Of a stretch of DNA of 48,115 bases, positions 23,661 through 36,798 are shown piece after piece. Made by a program: the position numbers and the translations under genes. Every line of letters begins with the position of its first letter. Position 1 is the first letter of the stretch. Location of the stretch: NCBI RefSeq assembly GCF_004010195.1, contig NC_057756.1, positions 5,667,728-5,715,842 of the forward strand. The letters are read 5' to 3'. This stretch comes from Chiloscyllium plagiosum (lineage: Eukaryota). The notes under the pieces were generated by a model that worked only from the letters and a program-made list of their open reading frames with translations, made no database searches and was not told the origin of the DNA.

Positions 23661-24033
23661 GTATCCAAAAACTTCCAACTTCCAGTTTACATTTCCCCAA
23701 AGCGAGGTACACAACCCTTACAGTGTGCTTCAACGGTGTGACTTCAGGCATGGGTACCAGACATCAAAATGGCCATTTTTAGTGGTGACACACATCTCCT
23801 GCATCGGGAACAAAAACTTCATTTGTCCATTCACTTTATCAACCTGTATCCAAAAACTTCCAACTTCCAGTTTACATTTCCCCAAAGCGAGGTACACAAC
23901 CCTTACAGTGTGCTTCAACGGTGTGACTTCAGGCATGGGTACCATACATCAAAATGGCCATTTTTAGTGGTGACACATCTCCTGCATCGGGAACAAAAAC
24001 TTCATTTGTCCATTCACTTTATCAACCTGTATC
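23661..24033 (+). repeat. 185-bp near-perfect tandem duplication
   Basis: gtatccaaaaacttcc occurs at 23661 and 23846; the units differ only slightly. Confidence 0.92.
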
Positions 24034-26873
24034 ACAACTTTTACTGATGAATATATTTGTCCAATCACCTTGTTTTAGGAATAAATGTATTTGTCCTGTA
24101 CATTATGTTACCCTCTGACCCCACTGAGACACTTGTTTCCAGCACATGCTGCAAACTCTATTTTTCCAGGTTTTATCATGATTCCTAGTCCAGTGGCATT
24201 ACCACAACAATGTCACCTCTTAATGAACTGAGCCCCCAATGGACTTACTTTGTCCACCCATGTTAGCAACTTCCATTAATCTCTTTATTCTGAAGTTGAA
24301 GATATCAATAAGTGTTACTACAGTGTGTCGTCAGAAATCTTCATTCAGAGGGTGATCAACTGGACAAATATTAATACCTTGAACTAGAAAATCCCACAGG
24401 AGAAGTAGCCTTTGTGTGCACTCTCTTTCTTCTGAAAGTCCTTTCATCATAGAGATCTCGGAGAGACTTATAAAATTCTAACAGGACTACATAGGTTCGA
24501 TACAGGGAGGATGTTCCCAATGGTGGGTGTGTCCAGAGCCCGGGGGGTGGGGGTGGAGTCACAGTTTGAGGATTCAGGATGGGCCATTTAGGATGGAGAT
24601 GCAGAGACATGTCTTCACCCAGAGAGTGGGAGCCTGTGGGATTCATTACCACGGGAAGGAACTGATGCCAGAACATTGAATTTATTCAGGAGGTGGCTGG
24701 ATATAACATTGGGGGCGAATGGGGTCAAAGGTTATGGGGAGAAGGCTATTGAGTTGGACGATTAGCCATGATGGTGATGAATGGTGGAGCAGGATCGAAG
24801 GGCTGAATGGCCTCCTCCTGCTCCTATCTTCTGTGTTTCTATGGTTCTGTAGTTTGTCATGTGAAAGAACATTGGGAAGCCTCATCAGCACGTGTGCGTA
24901 GTTCTTAAATGAGAAGTTGGAAATGTAAGGGATCACATATTTTTACTTTTTGAATGATAATCTGAAATGGAAGTTAGACACTGCTATGTCGCTGAGAGAC
25001 CAGGAGGGTTTTACAACTTGGATAAATTAAATGGGGCACATGTTTAGCTGTGCAAGTCGCTTTTGGAACCAGTGTCAGCAATACTTAGAGTTAAGGAAAG
25101 ACTTCCGGACGATAGTCCTTGGATGGGTTGAGCTGCAGTTTGCTACAAATCTGCAGGTGCTGGGTAGCCAGAGACATCCAGACTCTGCAAATTGTAAACA
25201 GCCCTCTCTCCCCTGTCCTCTCTCCATGTGATTGAAAAGACAAGAAAACAAGATTAAAAGAAACATTCTAATAAGAAAGAACCAGGTCCATTGAATCAGC
25301 TGTCGAAGTGAAGAATGACCATCATTGCTCAGCCAAAAGAGACTGTGAGAGACAATTTAACCCAGACTTGTGATCTGGAGTTCTGATTTCCAGAATTTTC
25401 TTCCCTGTCTGATTTCGTTTACCATTCAAAATATCTGTGTCAGACCATCTGGCTTTTGTTTGTCTTAATCAAGAATAAGTTTGTGCTGTTTGGTCAAGGT
25501 GAATAGTTTAAGATGAATAGTGGTTGATTATAGATATTTTTTCCCTACTCTTCTTTAAGGTAGAGTATGTAATAAATAAAAGGAGTTATTTTCTGTTAAT
25601 GACAGAACTTGGTGTGAATTGTATTTGTCCTAACAGTATTGAGTCAAATATTACAGACTATTGCAAAGGAGGTGATAACAAGGCACTTAGAAACTATCAA
25701 TGGGAATAGATGCAATTAACATGTATTCAAAAGGCGGCTTGATAAAGCACTTAAGGGTGAATGGGATCAGCAGTTATGGAGAAAAAGCAGGATTAGGCTA
25801 GTGAGTTGGATGATAAGCCATGATGGTGATGAATAGGGGAGCAGGTTTAAAGGGCCGAATGGCCTCCTCCTGCTTCTATCTTCTATGGTTCTATGTCCTC
25901 AGCCATCAGTCAGGCAAATTGGTGCTCAAATTGAAAACGTATACATTTGGTGATGGCTTGTAGAATACTGGGACATGAATATTGGTGCACTCTTCCTAAT
26001 TAAGTTATGATAGAAACTACACTGTTGTTTCCAGAAAAACACTCCTCAATCAGCTATAACTGATCCACAATACATCCTCGTGCAAACAGGTTGTGTGGAA
26101 AGCAACATTTGCTACAGATAAACACTTGGGACAATCTATTACTAAGTATATTTTTCAAATGTAGCTGTTACATGACCAAGACATTTCTAAGGTAACACTT
26201 CGGTGTGTGTGTGTGTGTGTGTGTGGGGGGTATATTTGCACATTTTAAGCCTTTTGCTCTTTGGTTGCGTAAGATTCTTTGCAATAACTTGACTAATTTA
26301 AGCAATCTGGAAGACTTGTTTTTGGTATTGAACTTTATGCAGTTGGATGATGCAGATAAGATCTTCTGGTGAATTAAGTTCAAATCATATGGCCAGAGGA
26401 GGAATAAGGAAATGAAGCAGTTCATCATGTCGAACAGGGTTATAATGCAAAACATAGACTTGCTTTTCTGTAGCGCTTTTCACCAGCTCAGAATTCTCCA
26501 AATTGAATTAAATGCAGCGAAATAATAATTGTAGTGCCGCTGTTCTACAGGAAACATCGAAGCATATTTGAGAAAAGCAAGCTCCCATACACAGGAATGA
26601 AATAATCAGGCCAGTCCCTCAGACCATGATAAACCAGTGAACACCAAGCTCTGGTCAGCTCCTCCATCCGTGTGTCTCAGAATGAAAGTGTTTTAAGTTG
26701 AGGAACAGATCCACTGCCTAAAAGGATAACATTATTTTCAGATCATTGTAAACTCTCATGTCTAATGTCATCATTATAAACTTGCTTTCATTTGTGGGAC
26801 TGTAATTTCTATTTCAGCAGCTGCTTCACGTTATAGTTACTGAAAATATATTTATCCTCTCACTGTCTGTTAG

Positions 26874-27167
26874 ATTTTACAGATAAACCCACAATATTCC
26901 CCGTGCAAATTATTGCAGGAAAGCATGTGAGATTAAGGTGCACTTTCAACACAACATGCAGTGGAACAGCACCCACCCTAACCTGGGACACTCCTACCAT
27001 CGTACGTGGATCAGTCTCAAACACTACAACTCAGCATGGTGTCACTCTGACTTATACTTCAGTTCTGAGCCTGACACCATCACTCAGACACCAGGGACAA
27101 ACTCTAACCTGCAGAATGAGTTATTCAAACATTTCATCAGAGCAGACCTTCGTACTGACAGTGCAAT
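26874..27167 (+). CDS. Gene B, Siglec domain-2-type Ig exon, copy 1
   Basis: ctgttag|AT ... CAAT|gtaagt; 294 bp, phase 1-1. DFTDKPTIFPVQIIAGKHVRLRCTFNTTCSGTAPTLTW...TSVLSLTPSLRHQGQTLTCRMSY. It has the C-x5-C...P..xW pattern with the extra inter-domain Cys typical of Siglec D2. Confidence 0.88.
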
Positions 27168-27179
27168 GTAAGTATCTAC

Positions 27180-28128
27180 GCAGCACTCCCTCAGCACTGG
27201 CCTTCCGACAGTGCGGTACTCCCTCAGCACTGACTCTCCGACAGTGCGGTACTCCCTCAGCACTGACTCTCCGACAGTGCCCACTCCCTCAGCACTGGCC
27301 TTCCGACAGTGCGGTACTCCCTCAGCACTGACCCTCCAACAGTGCCCACTCCCTCAGCACTGGCCTTCCGACACTGCGGCACACCCTCAGCACTGGCCTT
27401 CCGACAGTGCCCACTCCCTCAGCACTGGCCTTCCGACAGTGCGGCACTCCCTCAGCACTGGCCTTCCGACAGTGCCCACTCCCTCAGCACTGACCCTCCG
27501 ACAGTGCCCACTCCCTCAGCACTGACCCTCCGACAGTGTCAACTCCCTCATCACTGACCCTCCGACAGTGCCCACTCCCTCAGCACTGACGCGCCAACAG
27601 TGCCCACTCCCTCAGCACTGACCCTCCGACAGTGCGGCACTCCCTCAGCACTGACCCTCTGACAGTGCCCACTCCCTCAGCACTGAACCTCCGACAGTGC
27701 GGCACTCCCTCAGCACTGACCCTCCAGCAGTCCTGCACTGCCTCAGCACTATCCGCCGACAGTGCCCACTCCCTCAGCAATGACCTTCCGACAGTGTCCA
27801 CTCCCTCAGCACTCACCCTCCGACAGTGCGGCACTCCCTCAGCACTGACCCTCCAACAGTGCNNNNNNNNNNNNNNNNNNNNNNNNNNCAGCACTGACCC
27901 TCCGACAGTGCCCACTCCCTCAGCACTGACCCTCCAACAGTGCCCACTCCCTCAGCACTGACCCTCCGACAGTGTGGCACTCCCTCAGCACTGACCCTCC
28001 AACAGTCCTGCACTCCCTCAGCGCTGACCCGCCGACAGTGCCCACTCCCTCAGCAATGACCCTCCGACAGTGTCCACTCCCTCAGCACTCACCCTCCGAC
28101 AGTGCGGCACTCCCTCAGCACTGACCCT
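27180..28128 (+). repeat. 31/33-bp minisatellite array starting just after the D2 exon donor
   Basis: Tandem units with a small internal gap at 27863-27888. Confidence 0.93.
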
Positions 28129-28665
28129 TTACAAAACAATGTGTCAACCTGTTTCCCAACACTCTGTTACAGTGGCTCAAATCTAGAGGAGTTACACTCC
28201 TATCTCAACTCTTCAAGTTTCTATTTATCTTTAAACCAAAAAGATGAAGACAATTTTACAGTTCCTTTCAGTGGCATGAACCTTGCACAATTCTAATGGG
28301 CCAAACACTTTTTAAATTCGCACAGCCAAACAATTTCTATCTCAAACTCTCCTGGCTTGGAAGTTTCATAAACTAAAAACAAGGTTACCACTGTGACTGG
28401 TTTTCACTGAACTGAAAATAAAATAAAAAACTGCATGCTGAATCGAAAACAGAAAATACTGGAGAAACCAAAAATATCCTGCTTTGCATAAATCTGTTCC
28501 CTTTCAAGCAAAGTCTTGTTTCCTTCTAAACTGAAGTCAGAACAAAACTAATGGCCTTGCTCTGTTTACACAACCTATCATGAACTCAAAGTGACAAATA
28601 TCTTATTCCATTAACACAGCCAGGGATCATCCAGGCTTTTACCTGTTCTCTGCTTGGAATTTAGG

Positions 28666-29331
28666 TGTGATGATGCTGCGGTGATTTTGCCCTAGGTTTT
28701 TTTAAGGAGAGGCTTTATGACAGAGGTAATGAGCTGTCTATTTTGGAATACCAATAAAGAAAGCAGTTTGTGAGGACTTGGGGATTTTTAATGTGGAGCA
28801 ATAGAAGCAGCCTGGATGGGTGTGGCCAGCTTTCACACACAGGAGTTTCTAGTTTTTTTTAGTTTGTAGGATTACCTGTCAACAGCTGATGTCGGAGTCT
28901 CAACAAGGCAGAAGTTGCTGGAGTTTTGAAGAAGGTGAAACCATTGTTTCCCTCTCTCAGTTACAGCGAGAAGCTGGAGCTTCTCTCTGCTGCTGGGTTA
29001 ACCGGGAGACAAATCTATCTTTCTGAATTTGCCTTTGTGCCAAGGGCTGATTTTACAGGATGTTACTATATTGGAACAGTTCATTCGTAATCATTACTAA
29101 ATCTATTATTCTGTTAAGTTTTCTAATAGAGTTGTTATTCTAAGTTCTTCTCTTATTGTATTTTAATTATAGTGTTTAAATAAATTGTGTTTTGCTTAAT
29201 GTTCAAGTAGTTTGACCAATCAGATTGCTTTGGGAACACATCACATTATATATCCCTTTAAAATGAGAAAAATGTAGGGTCTAGGCTACCTTCTTAAAAT
29301 ATTTTGAGGGGATCTAGTCTGATCCATAACA
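28666..29331 (+). mobile_element. Solo LTR with a 5-bp target-site duplication
   Basis: Begins TGTGA and ends TAACA, with an internal AATAAA, flanked by TTAGG at 28661-28665 and 29332-29336. A related 3' LTR end (…gtccataaca) lies at about 20040-20231. Confidence 0.8.
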
Positions 29332-29444
29332 TTAGGTCACTGCTCCAGAATGACCTTCTGATCATTTTAACATAAATCTTCACGGAACTAACCTATATTT
29401 CTTGTCCTCTGTTTTGACATCTAGATCCATCTTAATTATTAAAT

Positions 29445-32400
29445 AGGTTTTATCATGATTCCTAGTCCAGTGGCATTACCACAACAATGTCACCTCTTAA
29501 TGAACTGAGCCCCCAATGGACTTACTTTGTCCACCCATGTTAGCAACTTCCATTAATCTCTTTATTCTGAAGTTGAAGATATCAATAAGTGTTACTACAG
29601 TGTGTCGTCAGAAATCTTCATTCAGAGTGTGATTAACTGGACATATCTTAATACCTTGAACTGTTTGAAAGCAGAGGGGACTGACTACAGCAGCACAAAA
29701 GGCTACAGTTGCAAAGAGAACATAAGCTGCTTAGCCAACTCGGTGAGTCTGAAACACTTTCACAGAGAGGTCACATGACAGTTTTTGGGTGTAAAATAGG
29801 CCTTGAATTTAGAAAATCCCACTACAGAAGTAGCCTTTGTGTGCACTCTCTTTCTTCTGAAAGTCCTTTCATCATAGAGATCTCGGAGAGACTTATAAAA
29901 TTCTAACAGGACTACATAGGTTCGATACAGGGAGGATGTTCCCAATGGTGGGTGTGTCCAGAGCCCGGGGGGTGGGGGTGGAGTCACAGTTTGAGGATTC
30001 AGGATGGGCCATTTAGGATGGAGATGCAGAGACATGTCTTCACCCAGAGAGTGGGAGCCTGTGGGATTCATTACCACGGGAAGGAACTGATGCCAGAACA
30101 TTGAATTTATTCAGGAGGTGGCTGGATATAACATTGGGGGCGAATGGGGTCAAAGGTTATGGGGAGAAGGCTATTGAGTTGGACGATTAGCCATGATGGT
30201 GATGAATGGTGGAGCAGGATCGAAGGGCTGAATGGCCTCCTCCTGCTCCTATCTTCTGTGTTTCTATGGTTCTGTAGTTTGTCATGTGAAAGAACATTGG
30301 GAAGCCTCATCAGCACGTGTGCGTAGTTCTTAAATGAGAAGTTGGAAATGTAAGGGATCACATATTTTTACTTTTTGAATGATAATCTGAAATGGAAGTT
30401 AGACACTGCTATGTCGCTGAGAGACCAGGAGGGTTTTACAACTTGGATAAATTAAATGGGGCACATGTTTAGCTGTGCAAGTCGCTTTTGGAACCAGTGT
30501 CAGCAATACTTAGAGTTAAGGAAAGACTTCCGGACGATAGTCCTTGGATGGGTTGAGCTGCAGTTTGCTACAAATCTGCAGGTGCTGGGTAGCCAGAGAC
30601 ATCCAGACTCTGCAAATTGTAAACAGCCCTCTCTCCCCTGTCCTCTCTCCATGTGATTGAAAAGACAAGAAAACAAGATTAAAAGAAACATTCTAATAAG
30701 AAAGAACCAGGTCCATTGAATCAGCTGTCGAAGTGAAGAATGACCATCATTGCTCAGCCAAAAGAGACTGTGAGAGACAATTTAACCCAGACTTGTGATC
30801 TGGAGTTCTGATTTCCAGAATTTTCTTCCCTGTCTGATTTCGTTTACCACCCAATATATCTGTGCCAGACTATCTGGCTTGCCTTAATCATGAATAAGAT
30901 TGTGTCTGTTTGTCCAAGGTGAATCGTAGTTGATTATAGATATTTTTTTCCCTACTCCTGTTTAAGGTAGAGTATGTAATAAATAAAAGGAGTTATTTTC
31001 TGTTAATGACAGAACTTGGTGTGAATTGTATTTGTCCTCAGCTGTCAGTGAGGCAAATTGGTGCTCAAATTGGGAATTTATACATTTGGTGATGGCTTGT
31101 AGAATACTGGAATCTGAATATTGGTGCACTTTTCCCAGTTAAGTTATGATAGAAACTACACTGTTGTTTCCAGAAAACCATTCCTCAAGCAGTTATAACT
31201 GATCCACAAACACATCCCAGTGTAAGCTGATTGTGTGGAAAGCAACACTGGCTACAGATCAACACTTGGGACAATCTATGACTAACTGCATTTTGCAAAC
31301 ATAGCTGTACATAACCAAGATATTTCGAAGGTAAAACTTTGCAGAGAACGTGTGTGAGTGTGTGATTTCGTTACAATTAAGGAGCATAGTTGTGTATATT
31401 TGCACATTTTAAGCTTTCTGTTAACATCATTTGATCTTTGGTTGTGTAAAATTCTTTGCAATAACTTGGTTAATTTAAGGAACCTGGAGCACTTGATTTT
31501 GATATTGATCTTTATGCAGTTTGATGATACATACAATATCTTCTGGTGAATTAAGCTCAAATCATATGGCCAGAGAAGGGGTGCAGCAAGGAAATGAAGC
31601 AGTTCATCATGTTGAACAGGGTTATAATGTAAAAGAAAGACTTGCATTTCAAGAACACCTTTCACCAGCTCAGAATGCCTCAAATTGAATCAAAGGCAAT
31701 GAAACAGTAATTTAATTTTTGTGCCACTGTACTACACGAAACATAGAGCATATTTGAGAAAAGCAAGCTGTGAAACACAGGAATGAAATATCTCAGACTG
31801 TGATAAACCAGTGAACATTAAGCTCTGGTCAGCTCCTCCATCTTCATCCAGGGTCAGCAATCCCCTGTCTTGGAATGAAAGTGTTTTAAGTTGAGGAACA
31901 GATACACTGCCTAAAAGGATGACATTATTTTCAGATCATTGTAAACTCTCATATCTAATGTCATCATTATAAACTTGCTTTCATTTGTGGGACTGTGATT
32001 TCTATTTCAGCAGCTGCTTCACGTTATAGTTACTGAAAATATATTTATCCTCTCACTGTCTGTTAGATTTTACAGATAAACCCACAATATTCCCCGTGCA
32101 AATTATTGCAGGAAAGCATGTGAGATTAAGGTGCACTTTCAACACAACATGCAGTGGAACAGCACCCACCCTAACCTGGGACACTCCTACCATCGTACGT
32201 GGATCAGTCTCAAACACTACAACTCAGCATGGTGTCACTCTGACTTATACTTCAGTTCTGAGCCTGACACCATCACTCAGACACCAGGGACAAACTCTAA
32301 CCTGCAGAGTGAGTTATTCAACCGTTTCATCAGAGCAGACCTTCGTACTGACAGTGCAATGTAAGTATCGACGCAGCACTCCCTCAGCACTGGCCTTCCG

Positions 32401-32746
32401 ACAGTGCGGCACTCCCTCAGCACTGACCATCCGACAGTGCCCACTCCCTCAGAACTGACCCTTCGACAGTGCCCACTCCCTCAGAACTGACCCTCCGACA
32501 GTGCGTACTCCCTCAGCACTGACCCTCCGACAGTGCCCACCCCCTCTGCACTGACCCTCCGACAGTGCCCACTCCCTCAGCACGGACCTTCCGACAGTGC
32601 GGCACTCCCTCAGCACTGGCCTTCCGACAGTGTGGCACTCCCTCAGCACTGACCCTCCGACAGTGCCCACTCCCTCAGCACTGACCCTCCGACAGTGCAG
32701 CACTCCCTCAGCACTGACCCTCCGATAGTGCGGCACTCCCTCAGCA
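29445..32746 (+). repeat. Tandem duplication module containing the D2 exon, copy 2
   Basis: Matches 24168 onward. It has about 148 extra bp near 29663-29810 and lacks the insertion at about 25633-25895. Confidence 0.9.
32067..32360 (+). CDS. Gene B, Siglec domain-2-type Ig exon, copy 2
   Basis: Same splice sites and length as copy 1. I see three differences from copy 1 (CRVSYSTVSS versus CRMSYSNISS). Confidence 0.88.
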
Positions 32747-33198
32747 NNNNNNNNNNNNNNNNNNNNNNNNNNNNNNNNNNNNNNNNNNNNNNNNNNNNNN
32801 NNNNNNNNNNNNNNNNNNNNNNNNNNNNNNNNNNNNNNNNNNNNNNNNNNNNNNNNNNNNNNNNNNNNNNNNNNNNNNNNNNNNNNNNNNNNNNNNNNNN
32901 NNNNNNNNNNNNNNNNNNNNNNNNNNNNNNNNNNNNNNNNNNNNNNNNNNNNNNNNNNNNNNNNNNNNNNNNGCACTCCCTCAGCACTGACCCTCCGATA
33001 GTGCGGCACTCCCCCAGCACTGACCCTCTGACTGTGCGGCACTCCCTCAGCACTGACCCTCCGACAGTGCGGCACTCCCCCAGCACTGACCCTCTGACTG
33101 TGCGGCACTCCCTCAGCACTGACCCTCCGACAGTGCGGCACTCCCCCAGCACTGACCCTCTGACTGTGCAGCCGAACCTCAGCACTGTCCCTCTGAGA
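32374..33198 (+). repeat. 31/33-bp minisatellite array filling most of the intron between D2 copy 2 and the next exon
   Basis: Tandem units with a gap at 32747-32971. Confidence 0.93.
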
Positions 33199-33392
33199 CC
33201 ATTGGGCTTTCTCCATAATGACCCTATGAGTTTGCTGTAACCCCTCGTATTGAACTATAGTGTCTGCCTGGATGACGTACTTTGTGTCAAAAGAACCCGG
33301 ATTGATATTATACCTTTTACAATCTCTGGGTCTTCAATCGAGTCTTGCTCTGTCCTGGGATTGCTCACAATATTCTCTTCCTTTGTTTTTAG

Positions 33393-33661
33393 ATGCACCA
33401 GAGGGTCTCACAATTACTTCCCTCAATAGGATGAAAGATTCATCAATCAATACAAGCCAGGGGGAGTCTGCTCTGTCAGGAGTTACCCAGCTTCTAACCT
33501 GATGTGGAGACATCTTAATGCCATAATGACGAGAACAAGTTCCAGCAATGAGCTGTGGTTGGTGATTCCTAATGTTACGTCCAGGGAGGCTGGAGACTAT
33601 CAGTGTGTGGCAGAGAATGAACATGGAACAGTGGAAGGCTCCATAACTATTACTGTGGAAT
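33393..33661 (+). pseudogene. Gene B, frameshifted copy of the 322-603 Ig exon
   Basis: Splice sites intact, but 269 bp rather than 282 bp. The 13 bases agtgataatctgc, including the B-strand Cys codon region, are missing at 33471/33472, giving TGA at 33500-33502. Confidence 0.85.
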
Positions 33662-36600
33662 GTGAGTGTACACAGACTTCAATCTCTCTGACACAGGTGG
33701 AGGGACAAGCGAAAACACACAAATACAGGGATGAAGGACACATTAAAGGACCCGACATCAATGTGCATGCACGCACACACACACCCACTCGTGCATAAAC
33801 TGACATTCTGTCATGAATCTTGTCCAATGTTTGCATTACTTTCATTATTTGGAAACAGAGATCCATGGATATGGGTCAGTTCTCTGACGAGCTTGTTTAT
33901 GTACAAAACCAGAATATCAATTTGCAATAGTGAGGTCACAGTGTTAATTCCAAGACATCATGTGACTGCAATTGATGGCCTGGAACTGCCGTGGTAGTGG
34001 TAGATTAGATTCCCGACAGTGTGGAAACAGGCCCTTCAGCCTAACAAGTCCACACCAACCCTCCGCAGAGTAACCCACCCAGACCCATTTCTCTCTGAAT
34101 AACGCACCTAACACTATGGGCAATTTAGCATGGTCAATTCACCTGGCCTGCACATCTTTGGACTGTGGGAGGAAACCAGAGCACCCAGAGGAAACCCACG
34201 CAGATACGGGGAGAATGTGCAAACTCCAGACAGACAGTCACCTGAGACTGGAATCGAACCTGGGACCCTGGTGCTCCGAGGCACCGTGCATAAAATGGTT
34301 ATATTGTTTAGTTTATAACAGGCAAGGTAAATATATCAAGGCTCTCTGTTTAGTTTTGACATCAGAGCAGAAACACAGCAGAGACACAGTAGAGTTGAAT
34401 TCAGAAAGTTGAACAGCTTCTCCTGACAGCAGATCCAGTGCAAACAATCAGCTCAGCAGAAGGGGTTTCTAGTCTGTGAAGCTTTCTATCCAGGAGAGTT
34501 TGAGTAAAAAGCATCAAGTGTTTAGATTGAGCAGGTTCAGGCCTCCATAACTTTGAGAGACTTAAGGCCAGCAGACATGAGAAGGAATCATAGAATAAAC
34601 ACCAGACTTCAGAGTAAACAAATTCATAAACTAATGATTTAAAGAGCTGAAAGAGAATGACATTTCTATGGAATTAGAGTCTCTGTAACGACAGTGTGAT
34701 GAAACAGGTTGGAACTTTGTTTTGCTGATTATTTTAAGAGCTTCCTAACTGTTTTCTGTATAAATATAGCTTTCTTTGGCAGTAGACAGCTTGCGTATTG
34801 CTGGAAAAAAAATCACATTTTGTTAAAGTCTTTCATCTTGCACTCATCAGGACAGTTTGCAAGAATGCAAATTCAAGTAGGAAACCAACTTTTATTGTGC
34901 ATGAGAGGATTGGTTTGATGAATGGACTCTTAGTGATAGTGGTGTGACATGGAAGATTCAGAGTGTCATACATAAAGCATAGGAACAGACCCTATGGTCC
35001 AACCAATCCATGCTGACCATAATCCCAAACTGAACTATTTCACCTCGCTGAACCCTCCCAAGCTGGAGAAGGTTCAGAAGAGATTTACCAGGATGTTGTG
35101 GGAATGGACAGTTTGAGTTATCAGCAGAGCTGGATAGGCTGGGACTTACTTCACTGGAGTGTAGGAGGTTGAGAAGTGACCTGACAGAGGTTTATAAAAT
35201 CATGAGGGTAGAGATAAGGTGAGTGGCAAATGTCTTTTCCCCAGGGAGGGGAATTTCAAGGCTGGGGGGCATGTTTTTAAGATGAGAGGAGAAAGGTTTT
35301 AAAAAGACATTGGGGACAATTCCTTTACACTGAGAGTGGTTCATATGTGGAATGAACTTTGAGAGGAAGTGGTGGAGATGGGTATAACTGCAACATTGAA
35401 AAGACATTTGGATAAGCACATGAAGAAGAAATGTTTGGAGGGATATGGGTCAAGCGCAGGCAGATGGGACTCGTTTCGTTTGGGATTAAGGTCAGCATGG
35501 ACTGGTCTGTTTCCATGCTGTATGACTCTACAATGTGTCACTTTTTATTCTTTCTGCTATAATCGATAATTTCACCCACTGTACCTAGTATGTTACTCAC
35601 TTCATCTATCTATACCCTTTGTAGGTTGTGTTTGTTTTCCTCAGAACTTACTTTCCTACTTATCTTTGTGTCCAGAACAAATTTAGTTACTGTATATTCA
35701 ATTCCTTCATTCAAATCATTTCTAGAAATTGTGAACATTTGAGGACCCAGCACCAGTCCCTTGTGGCACACTGCTGGTGACAATCTGTGAAGAGAAAGTA
35801 GAGTTGAGGTTTCAGGTCTAGTAGCCCTTCATCAGAACTCTCTTTGTCTGTGTGAAATGCAGCGAGGTGTTGACCGACCAGGATAGCCATTCGCCTGCAG
35901 GATGGCCTAGATACATCCTTTTTCAGCATTAAACTTCTTTAATTAACATTACAGGAATTTTCATAATGTCTGATGGTCAGTTTAGCCTGAGGATCAACAC
36001 ACCTCAGGGAAGAGGAGAGGATGAGAAGGCTGCACTCTCACAGTAGGAGAAAGTGAGGACTGCAGATGCTGGAGAGTTAGAGTCGAGAAGTGTGGAAGTG
36101 AAAAAGCCTCAGGGAAGAGGAGAGGATGAGAAGGCTGCACTCTCACAGTAGGAGAAAGTGAGGACTGCAGATGCTGGAGAGTTAGAGTCGAGAAGTGTGG
36201 AAGTGAAAAAGCACAACAGATCAGGCAGTATCTAAGGACCAGGAGAGACGACATAAGCCCAAAATAAACTCAGTTGTTGTGGGAATTAAACCTGTGCTGT
36301 TGGTACATCACAGACCATGCATCCAGCTAACTGAGCTAACCAACCCCCAGCATCAACTGCAGTTCCTGTGAAAGTCTCGGCTCCTCAGACTTGTCCCCCT
36401 CTCTTGAGATGTGGTGACCTCACCACCAGGTTGTCTCTCTGTAATGAGATAGCAATCCTCCCATCCTTTGAGTCAATGCTGACTTTAACACTCACACACA
36501 CACTCTCAAACACTCTCTCACACATTTCGCACACACATTCTCTCATGCACTCTCCCACACACCTGTTCTCACACACATACACTCTCCTACACACACACAC

Positions 36601-36798
36601 ACACTCTCTCTCATGCACACACACAGATGCCACACAATGGAAGTTTACATAGTCTATGTCTACTGTAAATGTGACATTGCACCTTAGATTGAGATGAAGG
36701 TGACAGAGATCCATTGAGACAGCAGGTTCAGAGAGATGAACAATGGAGTCTTCCTGTGCTGTGTGATTACTCACAACATTTTCTTCCTTTGCTCTTAG

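Larger units (their letters stand above)
24168..28128 (+). repeat. Tandem duplication module containing the D2 exon, copy 1 (partner about 29445-32746)
   Basis: Homology starts at aggttttatcatgattcctagtcc. Identical ORF translations at offset 5425; exons at offset 5193. Confidence 0.9.

Noticed and set aside
27180..28128. Palindromic 31/33-bp repeats resembling a CRISPR array
   Set aside because: Units are contiguous with no unique spacers, there are no cas genes, and the context is eukaryotic. It is a minisatellite.
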